A stretch of 64,000 bases of DNA from Spirulina sp. GTDB lineage: Bacteria > Cyanobacteriota > Cyanobacteriia > Phormidesmidales > Phormidesmidaceae. The stretch covers positions 1 through 64,000 of the forward strand of contig JBIPSI010000025.1 in assembly GCA_044070495.1 (NCBI GenBank). Reading direction: 5' to 3'. The notes below the pieces were generated by a model. The model made no database searches. It saw only the letters and a list, made by a program, of their open reading frames with translations, and had not been told where the DNA came from. The translations under genes and the position numbers were made by a program. Positions 53,009-64,000 of this stretch are shown here, piece after piece. Each line of letters starts with the position of its first letter. Position 1 is the stretch's first letter.

Positions 53009-53640
53009 GCCTTCTGCGCACGGTGGTTAGGCCGACTTGGTTAGGACGCTTTACGCCAACTCCATCAGCGACTTCAACTGGGCAAGCTCCCGATCAACCA
53101 GGGCGGCTTGCTCCTCAAAAAAAACTCCTGGGCAACCGAAGGGATCTGAAAGAACATCATCATAAACACACCACCCCGGACGTTGAACGGATTGACAAGC
53201 GGGGGTACCAGTCCACGAATTTGGGATTAGCCGGTGGACGGTACGTGATTTTACGCAAGGATCGAAACAATTTTGTTAAGCTTTGAGTCAAATAGTCTGT
53301 CCTAGGGCGATCCCTAGGGGCAAAATCCCCAAACCTTGGGAGTCATCACGCTTTATGTTGATTGCCGTTGTTTAAGGATTACGTAAATCCTCGGAAAACG
53401 GTACGGCTAGTCCTATTCATTAGGAGTTAGCCTGTGTAGAGCCTTATGTCAACCTTGGCGAGACCCCTCTGGCCAACGCTGATAGATTTGCGCTTTGACG
53501 TTTGGGCGAGTTGTGGGCGGCCATAGGTGACTAAACCCCTGCAACGGATCCGCCGTAAGGAATCTACCCAAGATCCTGGGGCATCCATGACCGCAACGAC
53601 CGTCGCCATCGATTTCATGGCTAGTGAGAAGGCTAACACG

Positions 53641-54510
53641 ATGAACCTAGGGTGGGGAGCAAAACTTATCGGCTTAGTCACTGCGCTTAGTGCGGGGCTT
53701 TGGCCTGGGCTAGCGTCGGCCAGTGCTGAGAGTCACTGGATTGACCTCCGTGACGGCAACTCAATCTATCGCACCAATCCCTTCACGTTTTTGGAAAACC
53801 AGGCCTCCTGGTGGGTGGATGGGGTCAATCATCAGTTTACGGATCAGTACTTTTTAAATTTGGGAAATAGCCCCACCCAGGCCTCCCTAGAGTTAGGCGA
53901 TCTCAGGCTGCTGTCCCTCACCCAGCCCAGCCAAAATCGTTTCTTGGCCCAATTTTCGGCCTTGAATGGTGGATTAAGCCTCTCCCTAGAATCGTCCCTG
54001 CAAGGATTTAGCAATGGCAGCCGCCGATCCTTTCGAGACGAAACCATCACCCTTGTCAACACAGGAAATGCGGATCTAGACATCACCCTATTTAGCTACA
54101 TCGATTTTGACCTGCTGGACTTCGATATCCCCCAAGTCAACACCTTTAGCAACGACACCACCGCCTTCCAGCACAATCTGCTGACCCAAACCGACCCCTC
54201 CGGCACCATGGCCCTCGTGGCGATGAACGAAACCCCTAACCTCGTTCAAATTGTTGAATATCCCTTTCTCATCACCCAACTAAAGAGTGGGCGTCGGCCC
54301 CAGTTGGCGAATACCCCAGGCCCCCTCGTCAATAGCGATGGCTCCGCAGTGCTCCAGTTTGATCGCCGCGTGGCCGCTGGAGAAGCGGTAACCTTTCGGT
54401 TTTTGAAAAAAATTGAGCAAATCCCTCCCTCGACGTCAGTGCCCGAACCTACGCTGCTGCTGTCCCTGGGGGTCGTGGCCGGGGGGCTGATGCTGCTACG
54501 ACGGGGCTAG
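53641..54510 (+). CDS. PEP-CTERM surface protein
   Basis: signal peptide ending ASA; C-terminal SVPEPTLLLSLGVVAGGLMLLRRG. Confidence 0.88.
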   Translation: MNLGWGAKLIGLVTALSAGLWPGLASASAESHWIDLRDGNSIYRTNPFTFLENQASWWVDGVNHQFTDQYFLNLGNSPTQASLELGDLRLLSLTQPSQNRFLAQFSALNGGLSLSLESSLQGFSNGSRRSFRDETITLVNTGNADLDITLFSYIDFDLLDFDIPQVNTFSNDTTAFQHNLLTQTDPSGTMALVAMNETPNLVQIVEYPFLITQLKSGRRPQLANTPGPLVNSDGSAVLQFDRRVAAGEAVTFRFLKKIEQIPPSTSVPEPTLLLSLGVVAGGLMLLRRG

Positions 54511-55835
54511 GGCATGGGGCTGAGGCGATTCACCTGCGCGGCAAAGTAATCTTGGCGGTGGCTGATTTGTTTGGCCAGCGCTAGCCCCTCCTGGTAGGCC
54601 TGCATGGCTCCATCCAGATTGCCGCTTTGTTCGTAGAGTTGGCCGATCTGGTCGAAGGTTTCCATCAAGCCATAGGCATCGAGGGCCTGCCGTTCCACGG
54701 CGAGCAGTTGTTGGTAGAGGTAGTCTACATCGGGCCATTGCTCTAGCTGGCGGTAGAGGCTGGCGAGGGCATTCAGGGTTTGGGCGGCAATTTCCAACTG
54801 GCGGCTACCGATGGCGTTGGTGTAGGCGAGTTGGTATTGGCGCGAGGCCGTTTCTACATCCCCAAGCCGCTGATGGTTTTGGGCCATGGCGTACTGAAGC
54901 GCCGCCATTCGGGGCCAGAGGGCTTCGTTGGATCGGTAGCGGAGCAGCAATTGTTGCTGGGCCTCTAGGGCGGCCTCAAACTGCTGGGCAAACTCTAGGT
55001 TTTCAATCTGTCTCACCCAAAAGCCGAGTTCATCATTACCCTCTCCCTGGGCTAGGGCCACCAGTTCGCCATAGGTGGCGGCGGCCTCTGGGAAATAAAA
55101 CCAGTCGGCATAGAGCGTCGCCAGGGCCTCTAGCTGTGCCCGATGTTCATCGCGGTCGCCTCGGTCTAGGGCTGCGTCGGCCAGGGTGCGGCGCAGGGTG
55201 GCGGCAGTTTCCACGTTGCCGAGGGTGGTGTAGGTGTTGGCCATGGCCGCCAGTTGCGCCCGATCCCCAGGCTGGGCGGGGTCTAGGGTGGGAAGAATTT
55301 GATCCAACCGGGCCGAAAGGAGCTGCAATTCTTGGGTGGCACTGGTGTCTCGCAACCATTGGGCCACCCGGTCGATGGCCCCCAGTTCTGCCTCAATGCC
55401 CAACACCCGCCGCAGTCGCACCTCCCGCATCCATAGTTCCTTCGCGGCCTCCGGTTCATCGGCCTCCGCTAGGGACTCCGCCTCACGGGCCAACTGGTTG
55501 AGATCCTGCTCTAGCGTGTATTGCTCTAGGGGGCTGAGGGGCCGATCTACCAAGGGCGTTGGCAGCAGCGGATCACGGGGATCATCCGCCAGGGGATCCG
55601 CCAAAAAGGGATCCCTAACTCCAGGCCGCAACACCTGGGCCTGGGCAGAAGTCCCCAATCCCGCTGGGTTAGGACTGATCACGCCCACGAATCCGCCTAA
55701 TCCCAGGGCCACCACCCACAGCCCCATCCGGCCAAAGGCTGGTTTGGATAGCTGGGTCTTGGCCCAACGGGAACGCTGGCACACCAATCGATGGAGAACG
55801 TATCGATGGAGAACGTAGGACACAACAGAAACCAT
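54507..55835 (-). CDS. TPR-repeat exported protein; start probably downstream of 55835
   Basis: helical TPR-like repeats, hydrophobic leader. Confidence 0.75.
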   Translation of the reverse strand: MVSVVSYVLHRYVLHRLVCQRSRWAKTQLSKPAFGRMGLWVVALGLGGFVGVISPNPAGLGTSAQAQVLRPGVRDPFLADPLADDPRDPLLPTPLVDRPLSPLEQYTLEQDLNQLAREAESLAEADEPEAAKELWMREVRLRRVLGIEAELGAIDRVAQWLRDTSATQELQLLSARLDQILPTLDPAQPGDRAQLAAMANTYTTLGNVETAATLRRTLADAALDRGDRDEHRAQLEALATLYADWFYFPEAAATYGELVALAQGEGNDELGFWVRQIENLEFAQQFEAALEAQQQLLLRYRSNEALWPRMAALQYAMAQNHQRLGDVETASRQYQLAYTNAIGSRQLEIAAQTLNALASLYRQLEQWPDVDYLYQQLLAVERQALDAYGLMETFDQIGQLYEQSGNLDGAMQAYQEGLALAKQISHRQDYFAAQVNRLSPMP

Positions 55836-56103
55836 AATCAGCCCTCTAATCCTAGTACGCCGCAGGGGTAGGCAATGAGGAACGAGCCGAGGACTAGAAG
55901 TCCTTGGCTCAAGGCCAAAATCCTCTGAAGCAAAGGAGGATTGGGATCCGAGTTGTCCAGTCTGCTTCAGCAGACTTTCGCGATCAGCCAGGGAGTGGTT
56001 GTGGTCGGGGAGCCAAGGGCTGAACGGCCAATATCCACCGCCGCAATCCTCTGAAACGAATCAGAACACAGGACAAAGGCTATCGTGAATGTCCTGGCTG
56101 AGG

Positions 56104-58002
56104 CTATCGGCCCCCGCCCTGGAGGTAGTCGAGGATGCCCTGGGCGATGGCTTGGCCCATCTGGGCTTGCCACTGGGGGTCGCGCAGCTTGGGCGCATCT
56201 AAGGCTCCGGTGACAAAGCCAATTTCAATCAGCGCCGAGGGCATGGTGGTGCGACGCAACACAAAAAATCGGGCCTGCTTCACCCCCCGGTCGTTCATGG
56301 CCATAGTGCCCATCACCCGCCGATGGATGGCGTTGGCTAGGGGCAGGCTGGCATCCGCGAAATAGTAAGTCTCTAGGCCATTGACCTCCGGTCGCTGCAT
56401 GTTGATTGCATTGGCATGGATGCTGACAAAAATGGTGGCGTTGGCCGCCTCCGCTCGGTCTACCCTGGGCTGGAGGTCGAGGGTTTCGTCGCCCTGGCGA
56501 GTCATCTGTACCGAAATGCCCTGGCTGCGAAGAACGTTGGCCGCATGGTGAGACACCGCAATCACCACGCCCTTTTCCTGCAAACCGCCAATGCCGATGG
56601 CCCCTGGATCGGCCCCGCCATGGCCCGGATCGAGCATCACCACCACCTGCCCCCGCTGGGGTAAAGGGGTCGTGGCCTGGGCCACCGACTGAGGAGCCAC
56701 CCCTGGGTAGGTAGATTGGGGGTAATTTTGGGCGGCAGGAGCAGCGTGAACCACCGGCAGCACCACCGTGGTTGGAGCCGTGGCAATTTGTTGGGCCGCC
56801 ACGCCGATGGGGGTCATCACCAGCCCCCCCGCCACCAGGTTCACCTGCCAATCGGGGCTAACGTTGTCCAAATTTAGGGTGATGCGCACCGCCGGGGGCA
56901 GGGTAGGAAATTGCGTCACCGTCCAGCGGGCAATGCCGTAGCGGGAGGGGGGCAGGGTATCGGGGGTCATCTGCGGCGGAATGGCGGCATTCAGCACATC
57001 GATCACAATTTGCCGCATCTGGCTGGCATCGCGGGTGCGGTAGATCTGCACCTGGGGCGTGGCCCCCGCCAAGGGCATAAAAAAACCGTGGGGCGTGGTC
57101 TGAATGGCCTGGATCACCGTGGCCGTGGGGCTAACGGGGGTATAGCTCACCTGGTTGCGGCTGAGCAAGGGCGGCAAAGGATTGGGGCTGGAACGGGGGG
57201 TCAAATGAATGGTAGGCGGTGGGGCGGCGGGCAGTTGGTCACTGGAGGGCGGAGCCGAGGGGTAGGGAAACGGACGAATCGCCGCTAAAGCGGATCGAGG
57301 GGGAGCGGACAGGGATGGGGGGACAGTCGCGGAACTTCGACCCTGGGTTCCGCCCGTCTGAGGCAAGGGAGGACGCACAGGCAGAGGATTTGTCGGCCAT
57401 GCCCTAGCGGCTGGGGAATTCATGGAATAGGAAGAGGAAGGTTCCCCGTTGGCCTTGGTGAATTCCGCCGCGAATTCCGTCGTCAAGTCCGTGGTCGTGG
57501 GATGCGCCGCTGTGGGATGTCCCACCGCAGGATAGGCGGCTGTGGGATCGGTAACGGTAGAATTTGTGGCGGTGGCATACCCTGGCTCTGGGCTAGGGTC
57601 AGGCGTCAAGCTGGGCAACTGCACCACCCACTGGGATTCCGTCAGCCCCCATACCCGCACCTGCTGGGGGTCGATGGTGTAGTTGGGGTCAAGCTCTAGC
57701 ACCATGCGGGTAGAGCGGGCATCGGTCTGCATCACCTTCACCGCCCGCACCGCGCCGCCAATGAACTGATCGGCCACCGCCTCATCGGTAATAATGCCGG
57801 GCAGGTCAATAATGAGTCGATTGGGATTTTGACCTAGGCTCACCTGGGGCTGCACACCGCCCTCCGTGGTGAACATAAACCGATTTTGGCCCGTGTCGAA
57901 CTGCCAGGTTTGCAGGCGAGGGCTGGCCTTGGCGGGCATTCCCCCAAAGAGGCAGGCCCCCATCACCCCCACAACCCCCGTAAATACCTGTTGAATGCGC
58001 AA
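56104..58002 (-). CDS. amiC: N-acetylmuramoyl-L-alanine amidase with AMIN domains (AmiC-like)
   Basis: two AMIN-like segments (PNRLIIDLP; RQIVIDVLNA), DPGHGG, EK, SIHAN, IEIGF. Confidence 0.92.
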   Translation of the reverse strand: MRIQQVFTGVVGVMGACLFGGMPAKASPRLQTWQFDTGQNRFMFTTEGGVQPQVSLGQNPNRLIIDLPGIITDEAVADQFIGGAVRAVKVMQTDARSTRMVLELDPNYTIDPQQVRVWGLTESQWVVQLPSLTPDPSPEPGYATATNSTVTDPTAAYPAVGHPTAAHPTTTDLTTEFAAEFTKANGEPSSSYSMNSPAARAWPTNPLPVRPPLPQTGGTQGRSSATVPPSLSAPPRSALAAIRPFPYPSAPPSSDQLPAAPPPTIHLTPRSSPNPLPPLLSRNQVSYTPVSPTATVIQAIQTTPHGFFMPLAGATPQVQIYRTRDASQMRQIVIDVLNAAIPPQMTPDTLPPSRYGIARWTVTQFPTLPPAVRITLNLDNVSPDWQVNLVAGGLVMTPIGVAAQQIATAPTTVVLPVVHAAPAAQNYPQSTYPGVAPQSVAQATTPLPQRGQVVVMLDPGHGGADPGAIGIGGLQEKGVVIAVSHHAANVLRSQGISVQMTRQGDETLDLQPRVDRAEAANATIFVSIHANAINMQRPEVNGLETYYFADASLPLANAIHRRVMGTMAMNDRGVKQARFFVLRRTTMPSALIEIGFVTGALDAPKLRDPQWQAQMGQAIAQGILDYLQGGGR

Positions 58003-58269
58003 GCGACCTGGCCTCCCACACGCACGAAAACCTGTTCGACAGTGCCATAAACCCCACGTCCACCCTAATGTTGCTCCCAGATTTGAACCACGGGAACATT
58101 AGGGCGGTCGCGTCGCTCGGCACCAACCGCAGCCATCACTCAAATCGGCTTAGATATTAGCTCAGTTTGCAAAATCCGCGACAGTTGCTGCCTACCATCA
58201 GCCAATTTCGCCTAAACGCAGGTGGGACAGCCCACCGTCCCATCCTACGGGGTCTTACCTTGCCACGCT

Positions 58270-58299
58270 TTATTGAATTATTGAAATTGAATTATTGAA
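58270..58299. repeat. TTATTGAA tandem repeat downstream of hetR
   Basis: TTATTGAA TTATTGAA ATTGAA TTATTGAA. Confidence 0.8.
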
Positions 58300-58327
58300 G
58301 CGTATACACAAGTCCTATTTCACGGAA

Positions 58328-59332
<1,005 letters not shown>

Positions 59333-59496
59333 TTAGGGAGAGGCCCCCCTTGGGGTGGAAGCCCCCGACGCTATGACCTAGTTCCACGAAGAAGTGGAAT
59401 CTATCGCTCCCGATGGTCGAATAGTTGGTGAAACAAAGGCCACCTTCAGGCAGTTTAGCCTGTTCTTGACCTGAGAAGGATGAAATTCAGCCGAGA

Positions 59497-59826
59497 CTAG
59501 GCCCGAGCGGGGTCAAGGGGCTGAATGCGCCCACTGCCGCGATAGGCCACGTCTGCAGTCCGAGATGGGGGATTTGGGCGTTCTCCCCGGTCGGAATCGA
59601 CTCGTCCACTGCCGCGAAAGCTAACCCACGGGGCAGAGGAACGATGCCGCAGACGACCGCTGCCACGATCATCTTCCTGGGCTGAGAGAAGGGACTGAAA
59701 GTGATCCGACTGGGGGCTGTGGTTTCCAGCTAGGGCGGAGAAATCGGCGCAAAGGGCTGAACCTAGGGTGAGCCCCGCAACACCGACCAAGCAAAGCTGA
59801 ACGGAAAAGGCGGAGAAAGATTGCAT
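59497..59826 (-). CDS. patX: PatX-like HetR inhibitor precursor with three RGSGR motifs
   Basis: hydrophobic N-terminus; RGSGR at aa 54-58, 71-75 and 96-100; immediately upstream of hetR. Confidence 0.88.
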   Translation of the reverse strand: MQSFSAFSVQLCLVGVAGLTLGSALCADFSALAGNHSPQSDHFQSLLSAQEDDRGSGRLRHRSSAPWVSFRGSGRVDSDRGERPNPPSRTADVAYRGSGRIQPLDPARA

Positions 59827-59952
59827 AGTGGTTGACTTCTTAGCGCTTCTAGTCCTAGTTACAGCCTTGGCCCACCCGGTCAGGAAAACTCTGGATCGGT
59901 AAATATGCTTAACTTCGCCACGGTGGGCTACGGACGAATACTAAATCAACCT

Positions 59953-60012
59953 GGCTTGCCCTCGCGATCGGCTTGCCCTCGCGATCAATGGGCGAGGAGA
60001 CCTCACCCCTAC
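59953..60012. repeat. 17-bp tandem duplication plus REP-like hairpin
   Basis: (GGCTTGCCCTCGCGATC)x2, then GGGCGAGG-AGA-CCTCACCC-CTAC. Confidence 0.7.
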
Positions 60013-60268
60013 AGTTAGTCGGGTTGGGAATCAGGATTTTCCAATTCGGATTGGGTATAGGGCTAGTCCGTTGTCCGTGGTCAACCCGTCGTCTGTGGGT
60101 GAAATGCAGCACGGTCACCGATTGGGGCCATCCATCCTAGGCTAGGTGGCCATGGTGTTCTCTGACACCGACTAATCGACCACTTCAATGGTGGAAATGT
60201 CATGAAAAAAGCCGTTAGAAATAGCCAGAACGATCTACCCTAGGTGGAATGTTGGTTTATCTACTGCT

Positions 60269-61447
60269 GTGGCCATGCCTTCGCTTGCCCTTGCCAGCCG
60301 CGTAATGCGCGTCACCCCTTCCATGACTCTCGCCATCGCGGCCAAGGCAAAGGCGATGAAAGCCGAAGGTCTGCCGGTGTGCAGCTTTAGCGCTGGGGAA
60401 CCCGATTTTGACACCCCCGACCATATCAAGGCGGCGGCGAAGGCGGCCCTCGATCAAGGCAAAACCCGCTACGGCCCTGCCGCCGGAGAACCCGCCCTGC
60501 GCCAGGCCATTGCTAACAAGCTGCAACGGGATAACACCCTCTGCTACGGCCCCGAAAATATCATTGTCACCAACGGCGGCAAGCATTCCCTCTACGGCCT
60601 GATCATGGCCCTAATTGAGGAGGGCGACGAGGTGATTATCCCGGCCCCCTACTGGGTCAGCTATCCCGAAATGGTGCAGCTAGCGGGCGGCACCCCGGTG
60701 ATTGTGCCCACCACCGCCGAGCAAAACTACCGCATTACCCCCGACCAACTGCGGCAGGCCATTACCCCCAAAACCAAGCTGTTTGTCCTCAACTCCCCCT
60801 CCAATCCCACGGGGATGGTGTATTCTCCTGCCGAGATTGCGGCCCTAGCTGACGTGGTGGTAGAAGCCGATATTTGGGTGGTTTCCGACGAAATCTACGA
60901 AAAAATTCTCTACGATGGGGCCACCCACCTCAGTATTGGGGCGGTGTCAACCGCGGCCTTTGAGCGCACCATTATCAGCAACGGCTTTGCCAAGGGCTAT
61001 TCCATGACCGGCTGGCGACTGGGCTACTTGGCGGGGCCAGAACCCATCATCAAAGCCGTCAGCACCATCCAAAGCCACAGCACCTCCAACGTCTGCACCT
61101 TTGCCCAGTATGGGGCCATCGCCGCCCTAGAAGGCCCCCAAGACTGCATCGAGATCATGGGTAAAGCCTTTGCCGAGCGCCGCAAGGTGATTATCGAACG
61201 CTGCCGCCAAATTCCAGGGCTAAGCTGTGGTGAACCAGAAGGAGCCTTCTATCTCTATATTGATATCCAATCCCTAGGAATTCCCTCCCTAGAGTTCTGT
61301 ACCCGCCTCATCGAAGAAAAATACGTCGCCGCCATCCCCGGCGTTGCCTTTGGGGCCGAAGGCACCATCCGCCTCTCCTACGCCACCGACATGGACACCA
61401 TCCTAGAGGGCATGGATCGCCTCGCCCAATTCGTGGGTGGGTTATGA
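60269..61447 (+). CDS. aspC: class I PLP aminotransferase (aspartate aminotransferase)
   Basis: [39 protein letters not shown]. Confidence 0.93.
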   Translation: MAMPSLALASRVMRVTPSMTLAIAAKAKAMKAEGLPVCSFSAGEPDFDTPDHIKAAAKAALDQGKTRYGPAAGEPALRQAIANKLQRDNTLCYGPENIIVTNGGKHSLYGLIMALIEEGDEVIIPAPYWVSYPEMVQLAGGTPVIVPTTAEQNYRITPDQLRQAITPKTKLFVLNSPSNPTGMVYSPAEIAALADVVVEADIWVVSDEIYEKILYDGATHLSIGAVSTAAFERTIISNGFAKGYSMTGWRLGYLAGPEPIIKAVSTIQSHSTSNVCTFAQYGAIAALEGPQDCIEIMGKAFAERRKVIIERCRQIPGLSCGEPEGAFYLYIDIQSLGIPSLEFCTRLIEEKYVAAIPGVAFGAEGTIRLSYATDMDTILEGMDRLAQFVGGL

Positions 61448-61658
61448 AGGCTAGTTCTCGTCGGGGTAGTGCATTAATCTACGGGTCAGAGAAAAATCAG
61501 CCAGAAACAGCAATCTACTGCCGTAAGGTCTTTAGGGTCGCCTGATTATTCTCTAGCCTGTACGAAATAGGACTACCCTCGTCGGTTGGGTTGAGTTAAT
61601 ACCGGACTTGTACCGTAAGGCATCTTATTGAGTGTCTATTAGCTGATATCTAAAGGGA

Positions 61659-61970
61659 TTACGCGCCATCGCTGGCCTCAGTGTCGAACCAGAGATCGGC
61701 ATCGAGTTCCACCAGATCGAGCAGCGCTTCGTGTAGGGTGGCGGCGCGGCCTTCCAGGGCGAGGTCAAACCAGCCATCCTCTTGGCCGTTGGTTCCTAGT
61801 AGGGCACCCACAATGTTGACCTTGAGGCCGTGGCGGTGGATGAGGTTGGAGATCACGGGATCGGGGTAGCGGTCTTTGGGGATGCGAATTTTTACCTGGG
61901 TTTGCACGAGACTATTTGGATCTCTATGCTGTAGGGCATCGAGACTATAGGCTGGGAAAATTAACGCCAT
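61659..61970 (-). CDS. stand-alone NIL-domain protein
   Basis: RIP...PVISNLI..HGLKVNIVGA....GWFDLALEG. Confidence 0.8.
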   Translation of the reverse strand: MALIFPAYSLDALQHRDPNSLVQTQVKIRIPKDRYPDPVISNLIHRHGLKVNIVGALLGTNGQEDGWFDLALEGRAATLHEALLDLVELDADLWFDTEASDGA

Positions 61971-62031
61971 AGTTGATCTTCTTAATGGATATTGAAACGA
62001 TTCTCAAACTCTAAATCTGTCCCTAGACGGA

Positions 62032-62910
62032 TTAGTGGGCTTTGTGTTGTACTCCGGCATAACGTTCTAACAGGAATTTCAACACTAGGGTGACAATGGC
62101 CAACCCAGCCAAGAGCAAAGCAGCGGTATAAGCAGCTTGGGAGTTGTATTGAATGTGGGCTTCTTCGATAAATAGGGGCAGGGTTTGGGTTTTGCCAGCG
62201 ATGTTGCCGGATACCACGGCGACTGCCCCAAATTCACCCATGGCTCTCGCATTGCAGAGGATCAAGCCATACAGCAAACTCCATTTTATCGATGGCAATG
62301 TTACACGCCAAAAGGTCTGCCAAGGTGTTGCGCCCAGAGTGGCAGCGGCCTCTTCTTGTTCAGTGCCAGCCTCTTCGAGAGCGGGGAGAACTTCGCGGGC
62401 AATAAAAGGCATCGTGACAAAGATGGTCGCCATCACAATGCCCGGCATAGCAAAGATAACTTTGATACCTTGAGCATCCAGCATTGGCCCAAACCAGCCC
62501 CGATTGCCAAACAGCAGTACCAGCATTAGTCCCGCAACAACGGGCGAAATTGAGAAGGGTAAATCAATAATGCTGATGAGAAGGGATCGGCCTGGAAAGT
62601 TCTTATTCGCTAGGGAAATGGCCGCACAGAGACCAAAAATGGTGTTGAGCGGTACGGTAATCGCCGTTGTGATAACGGTTAGCTTGACGGCATTTAAAAA
62701 ATGCTGGCTGGTAAAAGTCTCGACTAAATTGGGCCATCCCCCCTTAAGAGCTTGGATGACAACATTAAAGGAAGGAATTAACAGGACTAGGGCGAGATAG
62801 CCAATCACAAAGGCAATCAATCCCCATTTATTCCACAAAATCTTGGTCGCTGACGATCCATTTTTAAACTGAGTTTTAGCCGCTATTTTTTGGCGAGATA
62901 AATTAGCCAT
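62032..62910 (-). CDS. cysW: sulfate ABC transporter permease CysW
   Basis: DLPFSISPVVAG, ARAMGEFGAVAVVSG. Confidence 0.95.
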   Translation of the reverse strand: MANLSRQKIAAKTQFKNGSSATKILWNKWGLIAFVIGYLALVLLIPSFNVVIQALKGGWPNLVETFTSQHFLNAVKLTVITTAITVPLNTIFGLCAAISLANKNFPGRSLLISIIDLPFSISPVVAGLMLVLLFGNRGWFGPMLDAQGIKVIFAMPGIVMATIFVTMPFIAREVLPALEEAGTEQEEAAATLGATPWQTFWRVTLPSIKWSLLYGLILCNARAMGEFGAVAVVSGNIAGKTQTLPLFIEEAHIQYNSQAAYTAALLLAGLAIVTLVLKFLLERYAGVQHKAH

Positions 62911-63748
62911 AGATTCGTCTACCTCGTGCTTGAATCAGGTTAATCACTAACAACACCGCTAGGGAAATCAGCAGCAGCACCGATCCAATTACGGTCGCTC
63001 CAGCGTAGTCAAACTGCTCTAGGCGCTGAATAATCAACACAGGCGCAATTAGGTCTTGAAAGGGGATATTTCCGGCAATGATCACCACCGAGCCGTATTC
63101 CCCCACCGCCCGCGAAAAGCCCATCGCTACCCCGGTGAGAATAGCGGGCATCAGCGGCGGCAAAATCACTCGCCAAAAGGTTTGCCATGGGGATGCCCCC
63201 ATCGACCAGGCGGCTTCTTCGGCTTCGGATTCTAAATCTTGCAGGACGGGCTGCACTGTGCGCACCACAAAGGGCAGTGAAATAAAGATCATCGCCACCA
63301 GTACCCCCAAGCGGGTGAAGGAAACCTTGATGCCAAAGGGTTCGAGGAAGCCGCCAATCCAGCCGTTGGTACTGTAGATGGTGGAGAGGGTGAGGCCTGC
63401 CACCGCTGTGGGTAAGGCAAAGGGAAGATCAATGATGGCATCTAAAAATCGCTGACCGGGAAACTCGTAGCGCACCAGCACCCAGGCGATGATCAGCCCC
63501 GCCACGCCGTTGATCAGCCCTGCCACTAGGGCGGTGACAAAGGTGACGTTGTAGGTAGCAAGGGCCACAGGATCGGTGGCAATGCGCCAAATTTCTGCTG
63601 GGTTGAGGGTTAGCGCTTTGAGCAACAGGGCCGTCATCGGCAAAAACAGCAGCAGTGTTAGATACAGCCAGGTGATGCGCCAGGGCCAAGAGGCATGGCG
63701 AAACTGGGGCCAAAGGTGGGATGGGGATAGGGGTGGGGAGGAAGTCAT
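62903..63748 (-). CDS. cysT: sulfate ABC transporter permease CysT
   Basis: DLPFALPTAVAG, PFVVRTVQPVL, SRAVGEYGSV. Confidence 0.95.
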   Translation of the reverse strand: MTSSPPLSPSHLWPQFRHASWPWRITWLYLTLLLFLPMTALLLKALTLNPAEIWRIATDPVALATYNVTFVTALVAGLINGVAGLIIAWVLVRYEFPGQRFLDAIIDLPFALPTAVAGLTLSTIYSTNGWIGGFLEPFGIKVSFTRLGVLVAMIFISLPFVVRTVQPVLQDLESEAEEAAWSMGASPWQTFWRVILPPLMPAILTGVAMGFSRAVGEYGSVVIIAGNIPFQDLIAPVLIIQRLEQFDYAGATVIGSVLLLISLAVLLVINLIQARGRRIYG

Positions 63749-63783
63749 GGGTTGCAAAAAGCGATGTGGATAAGCCATGTAGA

Positions 63784-63888
63784 GGGAGATCCCCCCTAGC
63801 CCCCCTTGGTAAGGGGGGAACCGGAGTCAAAGTCCCCCTTTTTGGAGTCAAAGTCCCCCTTTTTAAGGGGGATTTAGGGGGATCTCCC
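63784..63888. repeat. composite cyanobacterial dispersed palindromic repeat
   Basis: GGGAGATCCCCC...GGGGGATCTCCC termini; internal CCCCCTT..AAGGGGG hairpins; 21-bp tandem GGAGTCAAAGTCCCCCTTTTT x2. Confidence 0.8.
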
Positions 63889-63924
63889 AGGCTGTACGTG
63901 AGAAAGTCAGGCTACAGAACGTAT

Positions 63925-64000
63925 TTACTTGCCGACTTTGGCTTGAATTTGGTCAAAAATGGCCCCATCGGCGAAGAATTTCTGATCAAGGGCGTCCCAG
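63925..64000 (-). CDS. sbp: sulfate-binding protein, 3' end (partial)
   Basis: WDALDQKFFADGAIFDQIQAKVGK*, upstream of cysT. Confidence 0.8.
   Translation of the reverse strand, partial: WDALDQKFFADGAIFDQIQAKVGK

Noticed and set aside
52975..53640. ORF 52975..53286 or a riboswitch upstream of the PEP-CTERM gene
   Set aside because: No recognisable protein or aptamer consensus
55789..55818. 15-bp tandem repeat at the start of the TPR ORF
   Set aside because: Simple duplication; mainly suggests that the real start is downstream

Overview
GC-rich chromosomal window from a cyanobacterium, most likely a filamentous non-heterocystous Leptolyngbya/Nodosilinea-type (inferred from gene content: hetR-patX, the hmp motility cluster, PEP/PTPA-CTERM proteins). 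Most of it is core genome: fabH-plsX-rpaB, radA, grxC, alpha carbonic anhydrase, 6S RNA, radical SAM, SpkA-like kinase, anmK, ktrA, guaB-Yfr1-trxA, SulP, a GGDEF/EAL protein, the hmpA-F/pilGHIJL chemosensory cluster, ligA, pgeF, an AmiC amidase, aspC and sbp-cysT-cysW. There are two accessory islands. (1) 1-2523 is AT-rich and looks like the tail of an integron-type cassette array: two well-formed attC-like sites, a possible degenerate third, an orphan ORF, a PD-(D/E)XK protein and a MazF-type toxin-antitoxin pair, with no integrase in the window. (2) 7.7-10.55 kb holds a DUF433/DUF5615 TA pair, a NERD nuclease, two decayed DUF4058 copies, a 131-bp MITE whose empty site is shown by the paralogue, and a duplicated promoter. 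The main signals are the attC array, a PatX-like precursor with three RGSGR motifs directly upstream of hetR, a recurrent CGTR-N4-YACG palindrome, and the apparent absence of HIP1. All family calls come from motif recognition by eye; no database searches were run.
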